A stretch of DNA of 64,000 nucleotides from Eledone cirrhosa (taxonomy: Eukaryota): the NCBI GenBank assembly GCA_964016885.1, contig OZ024744.1, forward strand, positions 129,766,001 to 129,830,000. Reading direction: 5' to 3'. Under the pieces are notes generated by a model, which made no database searches, was not told where the DNA came from, and saw only the letters and a program-made list of their open reading frames with translations. Positions 60,871 through 64,000 of the stretch are shown piece by piece (within the stretch, counting starts at the first letter, position 1; each line of letters opens with the position of its first letter). A program made the position numbers and the translations under genes.

Positions 60871-63740
60871 TTAAGTTAAGTTGGGGTTAAGTTAGGTTGG
60901 GGTTAAGTTATGTTGGGGGTAAATTAAGTTGGGGGTAAGTTAAGTTGGGGGTAAGTTAAGTTGAGTCTAATTAAGTTGGGGTTAAGTTAAGTTGGGGTTA
61001 AGTTAAGTTGGGGTTAAGTTAAGTTGGGGTTAAGTTAAGTTGGGGTTAGGTTAAGTTGGGGCTAAGTTAAGTTGGGGTTAAGTTAAGTTGGGGTTACGTT
61101 AAGTTGGGGGTAAGTTAAGTTGGTGGTAAGTTAAGTTGGGGGTAAGTTAAGATGGGGTTAAGTTAAGTTGGGGTTAATTTAATTTGGGGTTAAGTTAAGT
61201 TGGGGTTAAGTTAAGTTGGGGTTAAGTTAAGTTGGAGTTAAGTTAAGTTGGGGGTAAGTTAAGTTGGGGTTAAGTTAAGTTGGGGTTAAGATAAGTTGGG
61301 GTTAAGTTAAGTTGGGGTTGAGCTAAGTTGGGGTTGAGTTAATTTGGGGTTAAGTTAAGTTGGGGTTAAGTTAAGTTGGGTTTAAGTTAAGTTGGGGTTA
61401 AGTTAAGTTGGGGTTAAATTAAGTTGGGGTTAAGCTAAGTTGGAGTTAAGTTAAATTGAGGTTAAGTTAAGTTGGGGTTAATTTAAGTTGGGGTTAAGCT
61501 AAGTTGGGGTTAAGTTAAATTGAGGTTAAGTTAAGTTGGGGTGAAGTTAAGTTGGGGTTAATTTAAGTTGGGGCTAAGTAAAGTTGGGGCTAAGTTAAGT
61601 GGGGGTTAAGTTAAGTTAGGGTTGAGTTAAGTTGGGGTTAAGTTAACTTTGGGTTAAGTTAAGTTGGGTTTGAATTAAGTTGGGGTTAATTAAGTTGGGG
61701 TTAAGTTAAGTTGGGGTTAAGTTAAGTTGCGGTTAAGTTAAGTTGAGGTTAAGTTAAGTTGGGGTTAAGTGAAGTTGGGGTTAAGTTAAGTTGGGGCTAA
61801 GTTAAGTTGGGGCTAAGTTAAGTTGGGGCTTAGTTAAGTTGGGGTTAAGTTAAGTTGGGGTTAAGTTAAGGTGGGGTTTAGTTAAGTTGGGGTCAACTAA
61901 AGTTGGGGTTAAGTTAAGTTGGGGTTCACTTAAGTTGGGGTTAAGTTAAGTTGGGGTTAAGTTAGATTGTTGTTAAGTTAAGTTGGGGTTAAGTTAAGTT
62001 GGGGTTAATTTAAGTTGGGGTTAATTTAAGTTGGGTCTAATTAAGTTGGGGTTAAGTTAAGTTGGGGTTAAGTTAAGTTGGGGTTAAGTTAAGTTGGGGT
62101 TAAGTTAAGTTGGGGTGAAGTTAAGTTGGGTTTACGTTAAGTTGGGGGTAAGTTAAGTTGGTGGTAAGTTAAGTTGGGGGATAGTTAAGATGGGGTTAAG
62201 TTAAGTTGGGGTTAATTTAATTTGGGGTTAAGTTAAGTTAGGGTTAAGTTAAGTTGGGGTTGAGTTAAGTCGGGGTTAAGTTAAGTTGGGGTTATGTTAA
62301 GTTGGGGTTAAGTTAAGTTGGGGTTAAGTTAAGTTGGGGTTAAGTTAGGTTGGGGTTAAGTTATGTTGGGGGTAAATTAAGTTGGGGGTAAGTTAAGTTG
62401 GGGGTAAGTTAAGTTGAGTCTAATTAAGTTGGGGTTAAGTTAAGTTGGGGTTAAGTTAAGTTGGGGTTAAGTTAAGTTGGGGTTAAGTTAAGTTGGGGTT
62501 AGGTTAAGTTGGGGCTAAGTTAAGTTGGGGTTAAGTTAAGTTGGGGTTACGTTAAGTTGGGGGTAAGTTAAGTTGGTGGTAAGTTAAGTTGGGGGTAAGT
62601 TAAGATGGGGTTAAGTTAAGTTGGGGTTAATTTAATTTGGGGTTAAGTTAAGTTGGGGTTAAGTTAAGTTGGGGTTAAGTTAAGTTGGAGTTAAGTTAAG
62701 TTGGGGGTAAGTTAAGTTGGGGTTAAGTTAAGTTGGGGTTAAGATAAGTTGGGGTTAAGTTAAGTTGGGGTTGAGCTAAGTTGGGGTTGAGTTAATTTGG
62801 GGTTAAGTTAAGTTGGGGTTAAGTTAAGTTGGGTTTAAGTTAAGTTGGGGTTAAGTTAAGTTGGGGTTAAATTAAGTTGGGGTTAAGCTAAGTTGGAGTT
62901 AAGTTAAATTGAGGTTAAGTTAAGTTGGGGTTAATTTAAGTTGGGGTTAAGCTAAGTTGGGGTTAAGTTAAATTGAGGTTAAGTTAAGTTGGGGTGAAGT
63001 TAAGTTGGGGTTAATTTAAGTTGGGGCTAAGTAAAGTTGGGGCTAAGTTAAGTGGGGGTTAAGTTAAGTTAGGGTTGAGTTAAGTTGGGGTTAAGTTAAC
63101 TTTGGGTTAAGTTAAGTTGGGTTTGAATTAAGTTGGGGTTAATTAAGTTGGGGTTAAGTTAAGTTGGGGTTAAGTTAAGTTGCGGTTAAGTTAAGTTGAG
63201 GTTAAGTTAAGTTGGGGTTAAGTGAAGTTGGGGTTAAGTTAAGTTGGGGCTAAGTTAAGTTGGGGCTAAGTTAAGTTGGGGCTTAGTTAAGTTGGGGTTA
63301 AGTTAAGTTGGGGTTAAGTTAAGGTGGGGTTTAGTTAAGTTGGGGTCAACTAAAGTTGGGGTTAAGTTAAGTTGGGGTTCACTTAAGTTGGGGTTAAGTT
63401 AAGTTGGGGTTAAGTTAGATTGTTGTTAAGTTAAGTTGGGGTTAAGTTAAGTTGGGGTTAATTTAAGTTGGGGTTAATTTAAGTTGGGTCTAATTAAGTT
63501 GGGGTTAAGTTAAGTTGGGGTTAAGTTAAGTTGGGGTTAAGTTAAGTTGGGGTTAAGTTAAGTTGGGGTGAAGTTAAGTTGGGTTTACGTTAAGTTGGGG
63601 GTAAGTTAAGTTGGTGGTAAGTTAAGTTGGGGGATAGTTAAGATGGGGTTAAGTTAAGTTGGGGTTAATTTAATTTGGGGTTAAGTTAAGTTAGGGTTAA
63701 GTTAAGTTGGGGTTGAGTTAAGTCGGGGTTCAGTTAAGTT
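60839..63740 (+). repeat. 1453-bp near-identical tandem duplication
   Basis: TTGAGTCTAA 60967/62420, TTAGATTGTTG 61962/63415 and TTATG 60839/62292, all offset 1453. Confidence 0.9.
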
Positions 63741-64000
63741 GGGGTTATGTTATGTTGGGGTTAAGTTAAGTTGGGGTTAAGTTAAGTTGGGGTTCAATTA
63801 AGTTGCGGGTAATTTAAGTTGGGGTTAAGTTAAGTTGGGGGTACGTTAAGTTGGGGGTAAGTTAAGTTGGGGTTAAGTTAAGTTGGGGTTAAGTTAAGTC
63901 GGGGTTAATTTAAGTTGGGGTTAAGTTAAGTTGGGGTTAAGTTAAGTTGGGATTAAGTTAAGTTGGGGTTAAGTTAAGTTGGGGTTGAGTTAAGTTGGGG

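Larger units (their letters stand above)
1..64000 (+). repeat. Tandem satellite array, 16-bp monomer TTAAGTTAAGTTGGGG (~4,000 copies), extending beyond both window edges
   Basis: Every line reads as the consensus 16-mer or a substitution or small-indel variant (e.g. TTGCGG, TTGAGG, TTGGTG, CTAAG, TTAAT, 11-bp TTAAGTTGGGG). Consensus composition is T6 A4 G6 C0. Orientation is the same throughout and I saw no non-repeat interruption. Confidence 0.99.

Noticed and set aside
1-64000. Protein-coding ORFs
   Set aside because: TAA occurs twice per monomer on both strands (the reverse is CCCCAACTTAACTTAA), and the 16-bp period rotates it through all frames. Under a ciliate code (TAA=Gln) frames would be longer, but frequent non-triplet indels argue against coding.
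1-64000. CRISPR array
   Set aside because: There are no unique spacers; repeats are directly head-to-tail, and no leader or cas genes are present.
1-64000. Canonical telomerase-made telomere tract (TTGGGG, TTAGGG or TTAGG)n
   Set aside because: These motifs never form pure runs. TTAGGG and TTAGG appear only as scattered single-base variants, and kb-scale copied variant patterns do not fit direct telomerase synthesis.
1-64000. Variants as random sequencing noise or low-complexity artefact
   Set aside because: Rare variants recur in the same order at fixed offsets (250, 1045, 1453, 1727, 3850 bp), so most are real inherited mutations. The copy number of the most identical blocks still needs read support.
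1-64000. Variant pattern as an encoded message or programmed diversity system
   Set aside because: The pattern is adequately explained by point mutation plus duplication and conversion, and no associated machinery is visible.
1-64000. Promoters, homeodomain TAAT/TTAAG sites, terminators, rRNA or tRNA
   Set aside because: Short motif matches are by-products of the repeat. The near absence of C precludes stable GC stems, and there is no gene context.

Overview
The whole 64 kb window is one uninterrupted, head-to-tail, single-orientation satellite array. The monomer is 16 bp, TTAAG-TTAAG-TTGGGG (about 4,000 copies by length; the + strand is G/T-rich and the consensus has no C). I saw no unique sequence, gene, RNA gene, transposon, CRISPR spacer or inversion. 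The information lies in the monomer variants, which act as barcodes and reveal nested higher-order duplications: an old ~1.6-2.2 kb variant cycle; tandem duplications of 250, 1045, ~1.4-1.5k, 1453, 1727, 3850 and ~6.7-6.8k bp; and long-range copies at ~16 kb and ~27 kb offsets. These events can be partly ordered in time. The monomer looks telomeric (TTGGGG, plus TTAAG one base from TTAGG), but the structure indicates recombination or replication-based amplification rather than telomerase synthesis. It is most likely eukaryotic centromeric, pericentromeric, subtelomeric or interstitial telomere-like DNA; organism and function cannot be determined from this window. Offsets were counted by hand from marker variants, and block boundaries are approximate (a few monomers).
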